Source: Macrostomum lignano
Taxonomy: Eukaryota
Direction of reading: 5' to 3'
Length of the DNA: 64,000 bases
Assembly (NCBI GenBank): GCA_002269645.1
Contig: NIVC01001487.1
Span: 97,294-161,293 of the forward strand
This document shows, piece after piece, positions 1 to 11,851 of the stretch (positions are counted from its first letter, which is position 1; each line of letters begins with the position of its first letter). Made by a program: the position numbers and the translations under genes. Under the pieces are notes generated by a model, which saw nothing but the letters and a program-made list of their open reading frames with translations, did not search any database and was not told where the DNA came from.

Positions 1-1
1 C

Positions 2-136
2 GGACGAGCCGAGAGCGGAGTTGAGCTGCTGGCTGAGGCCGTCCGCGACCGACAGAGCTGGCGGGTACAGGGCGACCAGCAGCTGGTAGCCCCACACAAG
101 CAGAACGCCAAGCAGGAGCAGCAATAGGGAGAGCAT
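2..136 (-). CDS. Exon 2 (runs off window) of a tetraspanin-like / multipass membrane protein
   Basis: Acceptor ccatcgcacCAG|ATG at 137. Reads MLSLLLLLLGVLLVWGYQLLVALYPPALSVADGLSQQLNSALGSS with no stop. Phase 0 matches the upstream exon. Confidence 0.5.
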   Translation of the reverse strand, partial: MLSLLLLLLGVLLVWGYQLLVALYPPALSVADGLSQQLNSALGSS

Positions 137-239
137 CTGGTGCGATGGAATTTGATTTTCCAACTAACGTAAAGTTCACGTTTTCTCCGCTGTTCACATT
201 CACCGATTTTGCGATTTCTCGAATTTCACAATTCTCAGA

Positions 240-800
240 TATCACCTCCCCCGAATAGCACATTACCCAAATAGTACATTTCCCCAATGTCCCATTCCCC
301 GAATAGCACATTCCCCCAATGCCCCATTCCCCGAATAGCACATTCCCAAAATAGCACATTACCCGAATATCCCATTTCCCAAGTATTAGATGCCCTAAAT
401 ATCCCATTCCCCAAGTATCAGATTCCTTAAATATCCCGTTCCCCAAGTATCAGATTCCCTAAATATCCCATTCCCCAAGTATCAGATTCCCCAAATATCC
501 CATTCCCTAAATATCCCATTCCCCAAATATCCCATTCCCTAAATATCCTATTCCCTAATATCACATTCCCCAAATATCCCATTCCCTAAATATCCCATTC
601 CCTAATATCAAATTCCCTAAATATCTCATTCCCCAATATCAAATTCCCCAAATATCCCATTTCCTAAATATCCCATTCCCTAATATCACATTCCCCAAAT
701 ATCCCATTCCCTAAGTATCCCATTCCCCAAGTATCCCATTCCTCAAGTATCAGATTCCCCAAAATATCCCATTCCTGTAGTAGCACATTCCCTAAATCCC
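240..800. repeat. Degenerate ~17-bp minisatellite (AAATATCCCATTCCC core), intronic
   Basis: Visible tandem units lying between the two tetraspanin-like exons. Confidence 0.9.
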
Positions 801-883
801 TAAATTCCCTAAAGATGCTAGAATCCAGCCCCAAGCTGCGCATTCACGATGATTCAAAGCTGTTGATGAAGCTGCTGACTCAC

Positions 884-958
884 CATCGCCAGCACGTTGA
901 CGACAACCAGAAATACGGTGCAGACATTGTTGCTGCAGATCAGAAGGCTCGATGGCAT
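884..958 (-). CDS. Exon 1 of tetraspanin-like gene
   Basis: ATG at 958. MPSSLLICSNNVCTVFLVVVNVLAM (25 codons) is followed by donor GTGAGT at 883. The joined peptide resembles tetraspanin TM1 (C..vflvvvNvl..l.llll.lG.ll.w). Confidence 0.45.
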
Positions 959-1634
959 TACGTGTGCCTTTGATTAACAATTTTTTAAGATGTCAATATA
1001 TAAAATATAAGTTTGATTCTGAAATCCGTGCGAGAGTCTCTGAGATTTGCATGGAGAAGCTGATCCGGGAGCTGATGAATTACCTATAAAGGCATTGTGC
1101 TTTAAATCATTCATGACGCGCATCCTGAGCATACGGGATCCGATCCCTGAGCCAGTGCGCCATGGCTATGGACAGTCCGAGAGGCCTCAACGTCACCATG
1201 GCAACTGCAGCACTGGTCTAACAATCCACTCACGCATTCAAACAAAATTTATTCACCAATCTGTGAAGCTTCTAAAGTTTCCGTGAACTTTTCTGAGCAT
1301 TTTCATGGCTATATTATCTAAATAATAGAGAGCCAAAAATAGTTCTTTTTAATCACCATTACGGATACTATACGGTTATATTTATTACACTATACATCTA
1401 TTTCAGGCAAGTGAAAAAGCTTTGATACACAACTTTGAAAAAACCTTCAATTTCAACCATCCAATTTCCCACACAAAGCCTTTCGAAAGCATACTATTTC
1501 AGCAGAACTTTAAACGGCAAAACAAAGAAAAATAACTTTTCGCAACCAAAATGCGATTTTTACTACTGCTATTGATTAAAAAAATAAGTAGCATGCTTAG
1601 GACATGTTATTTTTCTATTCTATAGAAAAGCGTC

Positions 1635-2377
1635 TCAGAAACCGCACGAGTTGCCGACATCTACTGTGGTGTCGTCGCAGGACGGAGTTTCTGCCGGGCT
1701 GCCGGGCAGGTCGCAGCTGGGAGGCTGCGGATGCTGGAAGTAGCGGTGCTGATGAGGCTGCTGCTGCTGATGCTGGTAGGGGTAGTGCGGGTAGCCGACG
1801 TGTTGAGGCGGCAGCAGCCACCACGGAGCGGCGGCGGTGGCGGCGGCGGCGGCGGCAGCGGCCACGCTGGGCCAGGGATACGCGGCCACCGGCTGCTGCT
1901 GGCTGGGCGTCAGGCCGCCGCCCTGCTGGTAACCATGGCAACAGCCGTAGCCGCCAGTCGAGTAATAGCCCGAATGGAAGCCAAACTGAGGCGGTGACTC
2001 CGGCGATGCCTCCACGGAGGCGGCCGGCGGCTGCGGATGCGGCGACTGCCAGGTCGGCGGCGGCGGCGGCGGCGGTGGCGGATGAGCTGCCGGGAGCTCC
2101 GTTGAGGCCGGCGCTGTCTGCTGAACCGCCTTCTCGACTCGGAACTTCCTGGTGCGCCGGCGCGGCGAGCCCGTGCCGAACATGTCGCCAGCCTGAGGGT
2201 GCAGGCGCCAGTAGTGGCCCTTGCTGCCCGCCGGAGCCTTGCCGGCCTTCTGGAAGCAGTCGTTCAGGCTGAGGTTGTGCCTGACGGAGTTCTGCCAGCG
2301 GCGCTGGCTCGCTGTGTCCCAGAAGTAGGCCCAGCGGCTGCGCATGAAGGCGTAGATCTCGCTGAGGGTCAGCCGGC
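1635..2377 (-). CDS. Forkhead-box transcription factor, last coding exon (most of the FH domain plus P/Q/A-rich tail)
   Basis: RLTLSEIYAFMRSRWAYF...WQNSVRHNLSLNDCFQK...KGHYWRLHP..GDMF..GS.RRR.RKF is a forkhead domain. Acceptor cttcccCAG at 2378-2380, phase 1. Stop at 1635. Confidence 0.93.
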
Positions 2378-2514
2378 CTGGGGGAAGATGGCAGGTTGGA
2401 GATTGGGCATTTTTTATTATAGGCGGTCGCTGCGACATGCTACTTGAGTGAAGTAGTGAAGTGTGAACTTATGCGCTTATGTGTAAATTTTCCATTGTTG
2501 ATTTGCATTTTTCC

Positions 2515-2960
2515 TCAACCACCCTCTCTCTATCTACTATCTCAATCTACCAATCTACCGATCCACCATCTCAACCTACCAATCTACCATCTCAATCTAT
2601 CAATCTACCATATCTATCCATCTACTATCTCTATCTACCCATCTATCTCATTCTACCGATCCACCATCTCAATCTACTGATCTACCATCTAAATTTACTG
2701 ATGTACCAACCGATCTATCATTTCAATCTACCCATCTACCATGTCAATCTACCTACACAGGTAATATCATCTACCAGATAGATACCATCTACCATCAAGC
2801 TACCACCCCAATCTACCCATCTACTAACCTATCTACCACATTAATCAACCTACCTATCTAATTTCAATCTACCCATCTACCATCTCAATCTACCCTTCTA
2901 CCATCCCCATCTACCAGCCCAATCTACCATCTACCATCTTAATTTACCCATCTACCATTT
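2515..2960. repeat. Degenerate (CTAC/CCAT/CAAT) low-complexity repeat in Fox intron
   Basis: Visible tetranucleotide-derived repeats. Confidence 0.85.
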
Positions 2961-3019
2961 CTGTCTGCCGGCCAATCTATGAAAAAGAAGTCAAAATGTC
3001 AAAAGCGCCCCCAACTCAC

Positions 3020-3161
3020 CTTCAGGGGAACTCTTGATCGCCATGCTGATGATTGCCACATAGGACAGGTCGGGCCGTTGCAGATGCTCCATCAGAGGCT
3101 GCTGCAGCTGGGCCTGATTCAGCATTTCAGGATACTGTGGCTGCTGCTGCTGCTCCAACAT
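3020..3161 (-). CDS. Forkhead gene, first coding exon
   Basis: ATG at 3161. MLEQQQQPQY...RPDLSYVAIISMAIKSSPE-G is the start of the FH domain (cf. KPPYSYIALI.MAI..SP). Donor GTGAGT at 3019, phase 1. The join gives 294 aa. Upstream acceptor ttctttcgCAG at 3199-3201. Confidence 0.9.
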
Positions 3162-3315
3162 TGCTGCTTCGGCCGACGATGGAGCTACTCCGGCGAAGCT
3201 GCGAAAGAAAGGGGAAGGTTTGAGAATCAGTTTGCTCAAATTTATAATTGCTCAGATTATGAGCAAGATCGAGCTTGAGTAGAGTTTGAGCTCGCTGTTA
3301 ACCGTATATAAAAGG

Positions 3316-5925
3316 TGAGAGAGGGCGAGAGGGACTGAGAGAGGGTGAGAGGGACTGAGAGAGGGTGGAAGGAACTGAGAGAGGGTGAGAGGAACTGAGA
3401 GAGGGTGAGAGGGACTGAGAGAGGGTGGAAGGAACTGAGAGAGGGTGAGAGGAACTGAGAAAGGGTGAGAGGGACTGAGAGAGGGTGGAAGGAACTGAGA
3501 GAGGGTGAGAGGAACTGAGAGATGGTGAGAGGAACTGAGAGAGGGTGAGAGGAACTGAGAGATGGTGAGAGGAACTGAGAGAGGGTAAGAGGAACTGAGA
3601 GAGGGTGAGAGGAACTGAGAGAGGGTGAGAGGAACTGAGAGACAGTGAGAGGAACTGAGAGACAGTGAGAGGATCTGAGAGACAGTGAGAGGAACTGAGA
3701 GAGGGTGAGAGGAACTGAGAGAGGGTGAGAGGAACTGAGAGAGACAGTGAGAGGAACTGAGAGACAGTGAGAGGATCTGAGAGAGGGTGAGAGGAACTGA
3801 GAGAGGGTGAGAGGATCTGAGAGAGGGTGAGAGGAACTGAGAGAGGGTGAGGGGAACTGAGAGATGGTGAGAGGAACTGAGAGACAGTGAGAGGAACTGA
3901 GAGAGACAGTGAGAGGAACTGAGAGACAGTGAGAGGAACTGAGAGACAGTGAGAGGATCTGAGAGAGGGTGAGAGGAACTGAGAGAGGGTGAGAGGAACT
4001 GAGAGAGGGTGAGAGGAACTGAGAGAGGGTGAGAGGAACTGAGAGAGGGTGAGAGGAACTGAGAGAGGGTGAGAGGAAATGAGAGAGGGTGAGAGGATCT
4101 GAGAGAGGGTGAGAGGATCTGAGAGAGAGTGAGAGGGACTGAGAGAGGGTGAGAGGATCTGAGAGAGGGTGAGAGGATCTGAGAGAGGGTGAGAGGGACT
4201 GAGAGAGGGTGAGAGGATCTGAGAGAGGGTGAGAGGGACTGACAGAGGGTGAGAGGATCTGAGAGAGGGTGAGAGGGACTGACAGAGGGTGAGAGGAACT
4301 GAGAGAGGGTGAGAGGATCTGAGAGAGGGTGAGAGGAACTGAGAGAGGGTGAGAGGAACTGAGAGAGGGTGAGAGGAACTGAGAGAGGGTGAGAGGAACT
4401 GAGAGAGGGTGAGAGGAACTGAGAGAGGGTGAGAGGAACTGAGAGAGGGTGAGAGGAACTGAGAGAGGGTGAGAGGAACTGAGAGAGGGTGAGAGGATCT
4501 GAGAGAGGGTGAGAGGATCTGAGAGAGGGTGAGAGGATCTGAGAGAGGGTGAGAGGATCTGAGAGAGGGTGAGAGGGACTGACAGAGGGTGAGAGGATCT
4601 GAGAGAGGGTGAGAGGGACTGACAGAGGGTGAGAGGATCTGAGAGAGGGTGAGAGGAACTGAGAGAGGGTGAGGGGAACTGAGAGATGGTGAGAGGAACT
4701 GAGAGACAGTGAGAGGAACTGAGAGAGACAGTGAGAGGAACTGAGAGACAGTGAGAGGAACTGAGAGACAGTGAGAGGATCTGAGAGAGGGTGAGAGGAA
4801 CTGAGAGAGGGTGAGAGGAACTGAGAGAGGGTGAGAGGAACTGAGAGACAGTGAGAGGAACTGAGAGAGACAGTGAGAGGAACTGAGAGTGGGTGAGAGG
4901 AACTGAGAGACAGTGAGAGGAACTGAGAGAGGGTGAGAGGAACTGAGAGAGGGTGAGAGGAACTGAGAGACAGTGAGAGGATCTGAGAGACAGTGAGAGG
5001 ATCTGAGAGAGAGTGAGAGGATCTGAGAGAGGGTGAGAGGAACTGAGAGAGGGTGAGAGGAACTGAGAGAGGGTGAGAGGAACTGAGAGACAGTGAGAGG
5101 AACTGAGAGAGACAGTGAGAGGAACTGAGAGTGGGTGAGAGGAACTGAGAGACAGTGAGAGGAACTGAGAGAGGGTGAGAGGAACTGAGAGAGGGTGAGA
5201 GGAACTGAGAGAGGGTGAGAGGAACTGAGAGACAGTGAGAGGAACTGAGAGAGACAGTGAGAGGAACTGAGAGTGGGTGAGAGGAACTGAGAGACAGTGA
5301 GAGGAACTGAGAGAGGGTGAGAGGAACTGAGAGAGGGTGAGAGGAACTGAGAGAGGGTGAGAGGATCTGAGAGAGGGTGAGAGGATCTGAGAGAGGGTGA
5401 GAGGGACTGAGAGAGGGTGAGAGGATCTGAGAGAGGGTGAGAGGGACTGACAGAGGGTGAGAGGATCTGAGAGAGGGTGAGAGGGACTGACAGAGGGTGA
5501 GAGGATCTGAGAGAGGGTGAGAGGGACTGACAGAGGGTGAGAGGAACTGAGAGAGGGTGAGAGGATCTGAGAGAGGGTGAGAGGGACTGACAGAGGGTGA
5601 GAGGAACTGAGAGAGGGTGAGAGGAACTGAGAGAGGGTGAGAGGATCTGAGAGAGAGTGAGAGGATCTGAGAGAGAGTGAGAGGATCTGAGAGAGGGTGA
5701 GAGGATCTGAGAGAGGGTGAGAGGAACTGAGAGAGGGTGAGAGGAACTGAGAGAGGGTGAGAGGATCTGAGAGAGAGTGAGAGGAACTGAGAGAGGGTGA
5801 GAGGAACTGAGAGAGGGTGAGAGAGGGTGAGAGGATCTGAGAGAGAGTGAGAGGAACTGAGAGAGGGTGAGAGGAACTGAGAGAGGGTGAGAGGAACTGA
5901 GAGAGGGTGAGAGGAACTGAGGAGA
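3316..5925. repeat. 20-bp GA-rich minisatellite (GAGAGGGTGAGAGGAACTGA), ~130 units, in probable Fox intron 1
   Basis: Direct tandem units. The three ~890-aa minus-strand ORFs are its by-products. Confidence 0.97.
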
Positions 5926-6044
5926 GAAGGCACATATAGACCGGGGGCACATTTAAGAATTATTTCGAGACCAGCATGTCATTGAAAAAGTACATGCCTG
6001 CAAATAATATTTAAATAAAATCTGTCACAGAGCAGGCAACTCAC

Positions 6045-6255
6045 TTGTGATAGAAGGCTCCGTTGTCCATTCGGTGAGTGAGCTGAGTGCGAGATCCTCA
6101 GTAGCTGGAGTAAATCAATGAATACAAAAATTTGCGCGCAGCTCAGTAAAAAATCCTTGGCAAGCATGCGCTGCTGCCCGTCGAGTTTTATAAGACCGGA
6201 GGCACCAGCGTTTGCTCAGCAGCCAATGGGGGCAGTTGGGGCGAGGCGATTGGCT
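6045..6255 (-). promoter_or_regulatory. Probable Fox promoter and non-coding exon 1
   Basis: Minus-strand TATAAAA at 6192-6186, CCAAT boxes at 6223-6227 (+) and 6253-6249 (-), GC-rich upstream sequence, and donor caa|GTGAGT at 6044. Confidence 0.55.
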
Positions 6256-6789
6256 GAGGGAGGGCTGCCGGGGGCTGCTCCATGCCTCGGTCGCAGGGGG
6301 GGGGGGGGCGGCGCTAAGTCCCGGGGGCGATTGCTCGAGCTCGGCTTTGAGTCCGAGTTTAATTCCGTAACAATAGAAGCTCGAGGCAGGGGCGATTTGC
6401 AGCAGAATTAAGTGAACAATCGGGCCGAGAGAGAGAGGGTTTGGGTAGTCATATCCAGGGGGATCTCTGCGAGGGAATGGCTGGGATGACGTAATCCAGT
6501 GGCAAAATGTGCGAATACTGTTGGCTTTGAGACTGCCAGTGAGTCAGGACCGACTTGGAGAGAACGCGCGGGATTGGGAAAGTCACTGCGAACTCCTGAA
6601 GGTGCCAATCGCCTCTCTGCAACTCGGATCGTGCTGCTTCGGAAAGACTGAACACATTGGATGAGATGGAATGAGCTGGGTTGACGATTTTAGATTGTTG
6701 TTTTGGATGCGAATTGGATGTTTGGAGATTCTAATAGCTCCTAAGTTTGGTTAAAAATGTAATTTGATTCTGTAAGTGGCGCCAGATAG

Positions 6790-7580
6790 TTCTTGGGTTT
6801 AGCGCCAGATAGATCTGTGTTTAGCGCCATGATAGATCTGTGTTTAGCGCCATGATAGATCTGTGTTTAGCGCCATGATAGATCTGTGTTTAGCGCCATG
6901 ATAGATCTGTGTTTAGCGCCATGATAGATCTGTGTTTAGCGCCAGATAGATCTTGCGTTTAGCGCCATGATAGATCTGTGTTTAGCGCCATGATAGATCT
7001 GTGTTTAGCGCCATGATAGATCTGTGTTTAGCGCCATGATAGATCTGTGTTTAGCGCCTGATAGATCTTGCGTTTAGCGCCATGATAGATCTGTGTTTAG
7101 CGCCATGATAGATCTGTGTTTAGCGCCATGATAGATCTTGCGTTTAGCGCCATGATAGATCTGTGTTTAGCGCCATGATAGATCTGTGTTTAGCGCCATG
7201 ATAGATCTGTGTTTAGCGCCATGATAGATCTTGCGTTTAGCGCCATGATAGATCCTGTGTTTAGTGCCAGATAGTTCTTGTGTTTAGCGCCAGATAATTC
7301 TTGCGTTTAGCGCCACGATGGATCTGTGTTTAGCGCCATATAGTTCTTGTGTTTAGTACCAGAAAGATCTTGTGTTTAGCGCCAGATAGTTCTTGTGTTT
7401 AGCGCCAGATAGTTCTTGTGTTTAGCGCCAGATAATTCTTGCGTTTAGCGCCACGATGGATCTGTGTTTAGCGCCATATAGTTCTTGTGTTTAGTACCAG
7501 ATAGATCTTGTGTTTAGCGCCAGATTTTTTAGGTGGCGCCAGAATTCCAGATAGATCCTGTGTTTAGCGCCAGACTTTGT
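6790..7580. repeat. 23-bp minisatellite (GATAGATCTGTGTTTAGCGCCAT)
   Basis: Visible tandem units. Confidence 0.95.
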
Positions 7581-8199
7581 AGGTGGCCTCAGAATGCCAG
7601 TTAGATCTTGAGAGATGCGCCAGGCAGATCCTACAGGGATCCTACAGGCCCTCCAGGGTCACAAATTGCTGTAGGCTTCAGAGTCCAACATGGGATGAGC
7701 AGAGCCGAAGAAGATTCTGATACCACGTGGACCCCTTCTGCATCTTCAGGTACATTAAACAATTTCTCCCGAGGCAATAAGAACAGATCAAATTTGCGGT
7801 GCAATCGCAATCACCCATGGCTCGGGCATCAGCTCAAACGTAAACAACTCACTAAATAACAGATTCGCTAGAAGTTAATGGGGGCGGAGTCAGTCAGTCA
7901 GGGTGGATCCGACCGAGCCCTGAAGCGTCGAGTTCAGTTTGAACTGCATTGTATTTTCCTTAGCCGTTGTTTGGCCTGTTGCGAGTGTAAGGTAGAGCCT
8001 GCTGACTGCACCGTGTGCTTCTGGATCCGTGTTTATGCAGCCTGTTTATTGATAAACCAGCGGAGCCTTGAGAGAACAGCTGGAGCACATGGCTCTTGGG
8101 GTTGGGGGGGGGAGGGTGCTCAGGGAACTGATCTCGGTTTTGCGCCTTAAGCCCTGATGAGGTGAAAAAAAATTTGAGCGCTTGTTGCACTATGAAATT

Positions 8200-9050
8200 G
8201 GAGTGACTTGAGAGATGGAGATAGACATAGGGGAGAGATAGAGAAGGGAGATGGAGAGGGAGATGCAGAGAAGAGAGATGGAGAGCAGATGGAGAGAAGG
8301 GAGATGGAGATGGAGAGGGAGATGGAGAGGGAGATAAAGAGGGAGATAGAGGGAGATGGGGAGGGAGATGGAGAGCAGATGGAGAGAAGGGAGATGGAGA
8401 TGGAGAGGGAGATAAAGAGGGAGATAGAGGGAGTAGGAGAGGGAGATGGAGAGGGAGATAAAGAGGGAGATAGAGGGAGTAGGAGAGGGAGATGGAGAGG
8501 GAGATAAAGAGGGAGATAGAGGGAGTAGGAGAGGGAGATGGAGAGGGAGATAAAGAGGGAGATAGAGGGAGTAGGAGAGGGAGATGGAGAGGGAGATAAA
8601 GAGGGAGATAGAGGGAGTAGGAGAGGGAGATGGAGAGGGAGATAAAGAGGGAGATAGAGGGAGATGGGGAGGGAGATGGAGAGCAGATGGAGAGAAGGGA
8701 GATGGAGATGGAGAGGGAGATAGAGAGGGAGATAGAGAGGGAGATGGAGAGGGAGATAGAGAGGGAGATGGAGAGGGAGATGGAGAGGGAGATAGAGAGG
8801 GAGATGGAGAGGGAGATGGTGAGGGAGATGGAGATAGAGAGGGGAGACAGAGGGGGAACTTGAGATGCAGAGAAGGGAGATAGAGAGGGAGATGGACAGG
8901 GAGATGGAGAGCAGATGGAGAGAAGGGAGATGGAGATGGAGAGGGAGATAGAGAGGGAGATAGAGAGGGAGATGGAGAGGGAGATTGAGAGGGAGATAAA
9001 GAGGGAGATGGGGAGGGAGATAGAGAGGGGAGACAGAGGGGGAACTTGAG
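8200..9050. repeat. GA-rich compound repeat (GAGAGGGAGATG-type)
   Basis: Visible. The overlapping ORFs are low-complexity artefacts. Confidence 0.95.
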
Positions 9051-9354
9051 ATGCAGACGCGGAGACGGACAGTGCATTCCTGTGCTGGAACAAGGCGTGA
9101 TGGCTGCATTTCAGAGCCGTGAATCAAAGTACAAATTTACCAGATTTGGGGCTGGCCATGCGCGCACAGAGCGGCGCACTGAACACAGCAGCGAAGGCCG
9201 TCCCAGCAGCCATGGGTATCAGATGACAGTTCATCCTGTGCATGGGCGTTTAAAACGGCATGCACAGGAAAGTGGATCCGGGCTGCATGCGTCTGCTTCT
9301 GTGTGGAAAAAATAGCTAGGAAAAACTAAAACTAATCCATGCGTGTAGCTGCAA

Positions 9355-9790
9355 GGGATTAGGGGCGCGTCTGGAAGGGATTAGGGGCGGGTCTGGAATG
9401 GATTAGGAGCGGGTCTGGAAGGGATTAGGTGCGGGTCTGGAATGGATTAGGTGCGGGTCTGGAAGGGATTAGGGGCGGGTCTGGAAGGGATTAGGGGAGG
9501 GTCTGGAAGGGATTAGGGGAGGGTCTGGAATGGATTAGGGGAGGGTCTGGAATGGATTAGGGGAGGGTCTGGAATGGATTAGGGGGGTCTGGAATGGATT
9601 AGGGGTGGGTCTGGAATGGTTTAGGGGAGCGTCTGGAATGGATTAGGGGAGCGTCTGGAATGGATTAGGGGCGGGTTTGGAATGCATTAAGGGTGGGTCT
9701 AGAATGAATTTAGGGTGGGTCTAAAATTGAGTTTAGGAGGGTCTGGAATGGATTAGGGGAGGGTCCGATATGTATTAGGGGAGGGGGTTT
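9355..9790 (+). repeat. 22-bp G-rich minisatellite (GGAATGGATTAGGGGAGGGTCT)
   Basis: Visible tandem units containing TTAGGG. Confidence 0.93.
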
Positions 9791-9919
9791 GTAGGTATGC
9801 ATTTAACATTACTTAAAACAAAGGAGTGACTCCCAACATAGAAGTACACATGCACTGTTGTAGGCCTTTGCTGCCAGACTCCATCATTTAGTTGTCTGTT
9901 GGAAAGCCTCTACACTGTG

Positions 9920-9959
9920 TCTGACAGACAGACACACAGACAGAGACAGAGAGACAGAC

Positions 9960-9996
<37 letters not shown>

Positions 9997-10197
9997 CACA
10001 GACAGAGACAGAGAGTCAGACAGACAGACAGAGACAGAAAGACAGACAGAGACAGAGAGACAGACAGAGAGACAGACAGACAGACAGACAGACACACAGA
10101 CAGAGACAGAGAGACAGACAGACAGACAGAGAGACAGACAGACAGACAGACAGAGAGACAGAGACAGAAAGACAGACAGACAGACAGAGACAGAAAG

Positions 10198-10246
<49 letters not shown>

Positions 10247-10329
10247 GACAGAAAGACAGACGGACAGACAGACAGACACACAGACAGACAGAGACAGACA
10301 GACAGACAGACAGACAGAGAGACAGACAC

Positions 10330-10360
<31 letters not shown>

Positions 10361-10410
10361 CACAGACAGACAGACAGACACACAGACAGACAGACAGACA
10401 CACAGACAGT
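9920..10410. repeat. (CAGA)n microsatellite
   Basis: Visible. Confidence 0.97.
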
Positions 10411-11012
10411 CCCAATGAGAACGCAGGCATCTAGCATCTCAGGGGCGATGCTGAGAGGATGCTGGCTGAAAGAAACTGAAAGACAATGCAGACGAGATCG
10501 AGGTCACTAGAGGATAATTATCAGAACAAACCCCGCACAACACAAGCCAGAAAATTAACAAACGCTTTGAAAAAAGATGTTTAGACCAGACTTTTCTCTG
10601 GTTAGTAGTATAAGGCAAAATAGTAGTGTAGCATAATTAAAATTTATATTTTTGTTGATGCATTATAAATTTTATTAATTGTATCCTCTCGCCAGTACAG
10701 TGGAGGCACGGGCAGACAACTGGGAACAAATTCATGTGAAAGGGAAACCACAGGCCGACTGGCAGAACATGCAATTCTGTTCTTTCGCTGAACAACATGG
10801 CAGAGCTGAGCTGCACAACCGCATATTAACAATTGCGAAATGGAAAATATTTTAACTAGTTGATCTTTGCAAATTTTACAATGGGACAGTTTCGAAAATA
10901 TGATTAAAAGTTTCAAAACTAGCCTCAGACACGCAGCAACCTCCATCCTAGCGTCTGCTTTGCAGGCACTGAGAAGCCTGGATTTATGGAAATATTCTGA
11001 AGAGGATTTTGA

Positions 11013-11458
11013 AGATCTGGGAGGCTGGACTAGTAACTGAGGATCTGGGAGGCTGGCCCAGCAACTGACACTCTGGGAGGCTGACCCAGCAACTGAGGAT
11101 CTGGGAGGCTGGCCCAGCAACTGACACTCTGGGAGGCTGGCCCAGCAACTGACACTCTGGGAGGCTGGCCCAGCAACTGAGGATCTGGGAGGCTGGCCCA
11201 GCAACTGACACTCTGGGAGGCTGGCCCAGCAACTGGGGATCTGGGAGGCTGGCCCAGCAACTGGGGATCTGGGAGGCTGGCCCAGCAACTGGGGATCTGG
11301 GAGGCTGGCCCAGCAACTGACACTCTGGGAGGCTGGCCCAGCAACTGGGGATCTGGGAGGCTGGCCCAGCAACTGGGGATCTGGGAGGCTGGCCCAGCAA
11401 CTGGGGATCTGGGAGGCTGGCCCAGCAACTGACACTCTGGGAGGCTGGCGGTGGTGAC
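11013..11458. repeat. 28-bp minisatellite (GGATCTGGGAGGCTGGCCCAGCAACTGA)
   Basis: Visible. The same family occurs at 17387-17832 and 23854-24408. Confidence 0.95.
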
Positions 11459-11795
11459 GCAGTAACATAGAATCTGCATGGCAAATTGAAACCAGAGTTA
11501 GGAAAAAAAATCATCGAGTACGTACTAGAATAGTTAGCAGTTGACAAAATAGTTGTGTTTCGATGGATGCTGAGCCTCAAGCCAAAAGCTCACTCAGGTA
11601 CACAGCAGGAAAGAAATTCACAATTTTTCGGGTCATAGAAAATGATCAAACACGGCTGGTATCAGTAGCAATGTGTGCGACATGATCTGAGTATTGTATT
11701 GTCGATTGGTTAAGCATTTCAAGTGTCAGTTTAAGGTGTCCTCTTGGCCTGGTTGGCAAGCCAGCCGACGTCAAAAACCCAGCAAAGCAGAAATT

Positions 11796-11851
11796 TTAAT
11801 TACGGCGGCTTGGAGCGCAGTATTTCTCGTAGTACTTCTCCAGGTCAGTCT
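11796..11851 (-). CDS. Duplicated terminal exon of ZC3H7-like gene (orphan copy)
   Basis: Same as 18170-18225. Intact acceptor and TAA. Confidence 0.6.

Noticed and set aside
1604-2272. 222-aa plus-strand ORF and other ORFs antisense to Fox, ZC3H7-like and V-ATPase exons
   Set aside because: Shadow ORFs of GC-rich coding exons on the opposite strand.
3252-5952. Three ~890-aa Ser/Leu-rich ORFs
   Set aside because: They are stop-free translations of a 20-bp minisatellite in all three frames.
7960-10510. ER/DR/SL-rich ORFs
   Set aside because: Translations of GA-rich and CAGA repeats.
10644-11580. 274/198/149-aa ORFs (also 17018-17954)
   Set aside because: Mostly the 28-bp array. The unique tail looks like 3' UTR, with AATAAA on the minus strand near 10670 and 17045.
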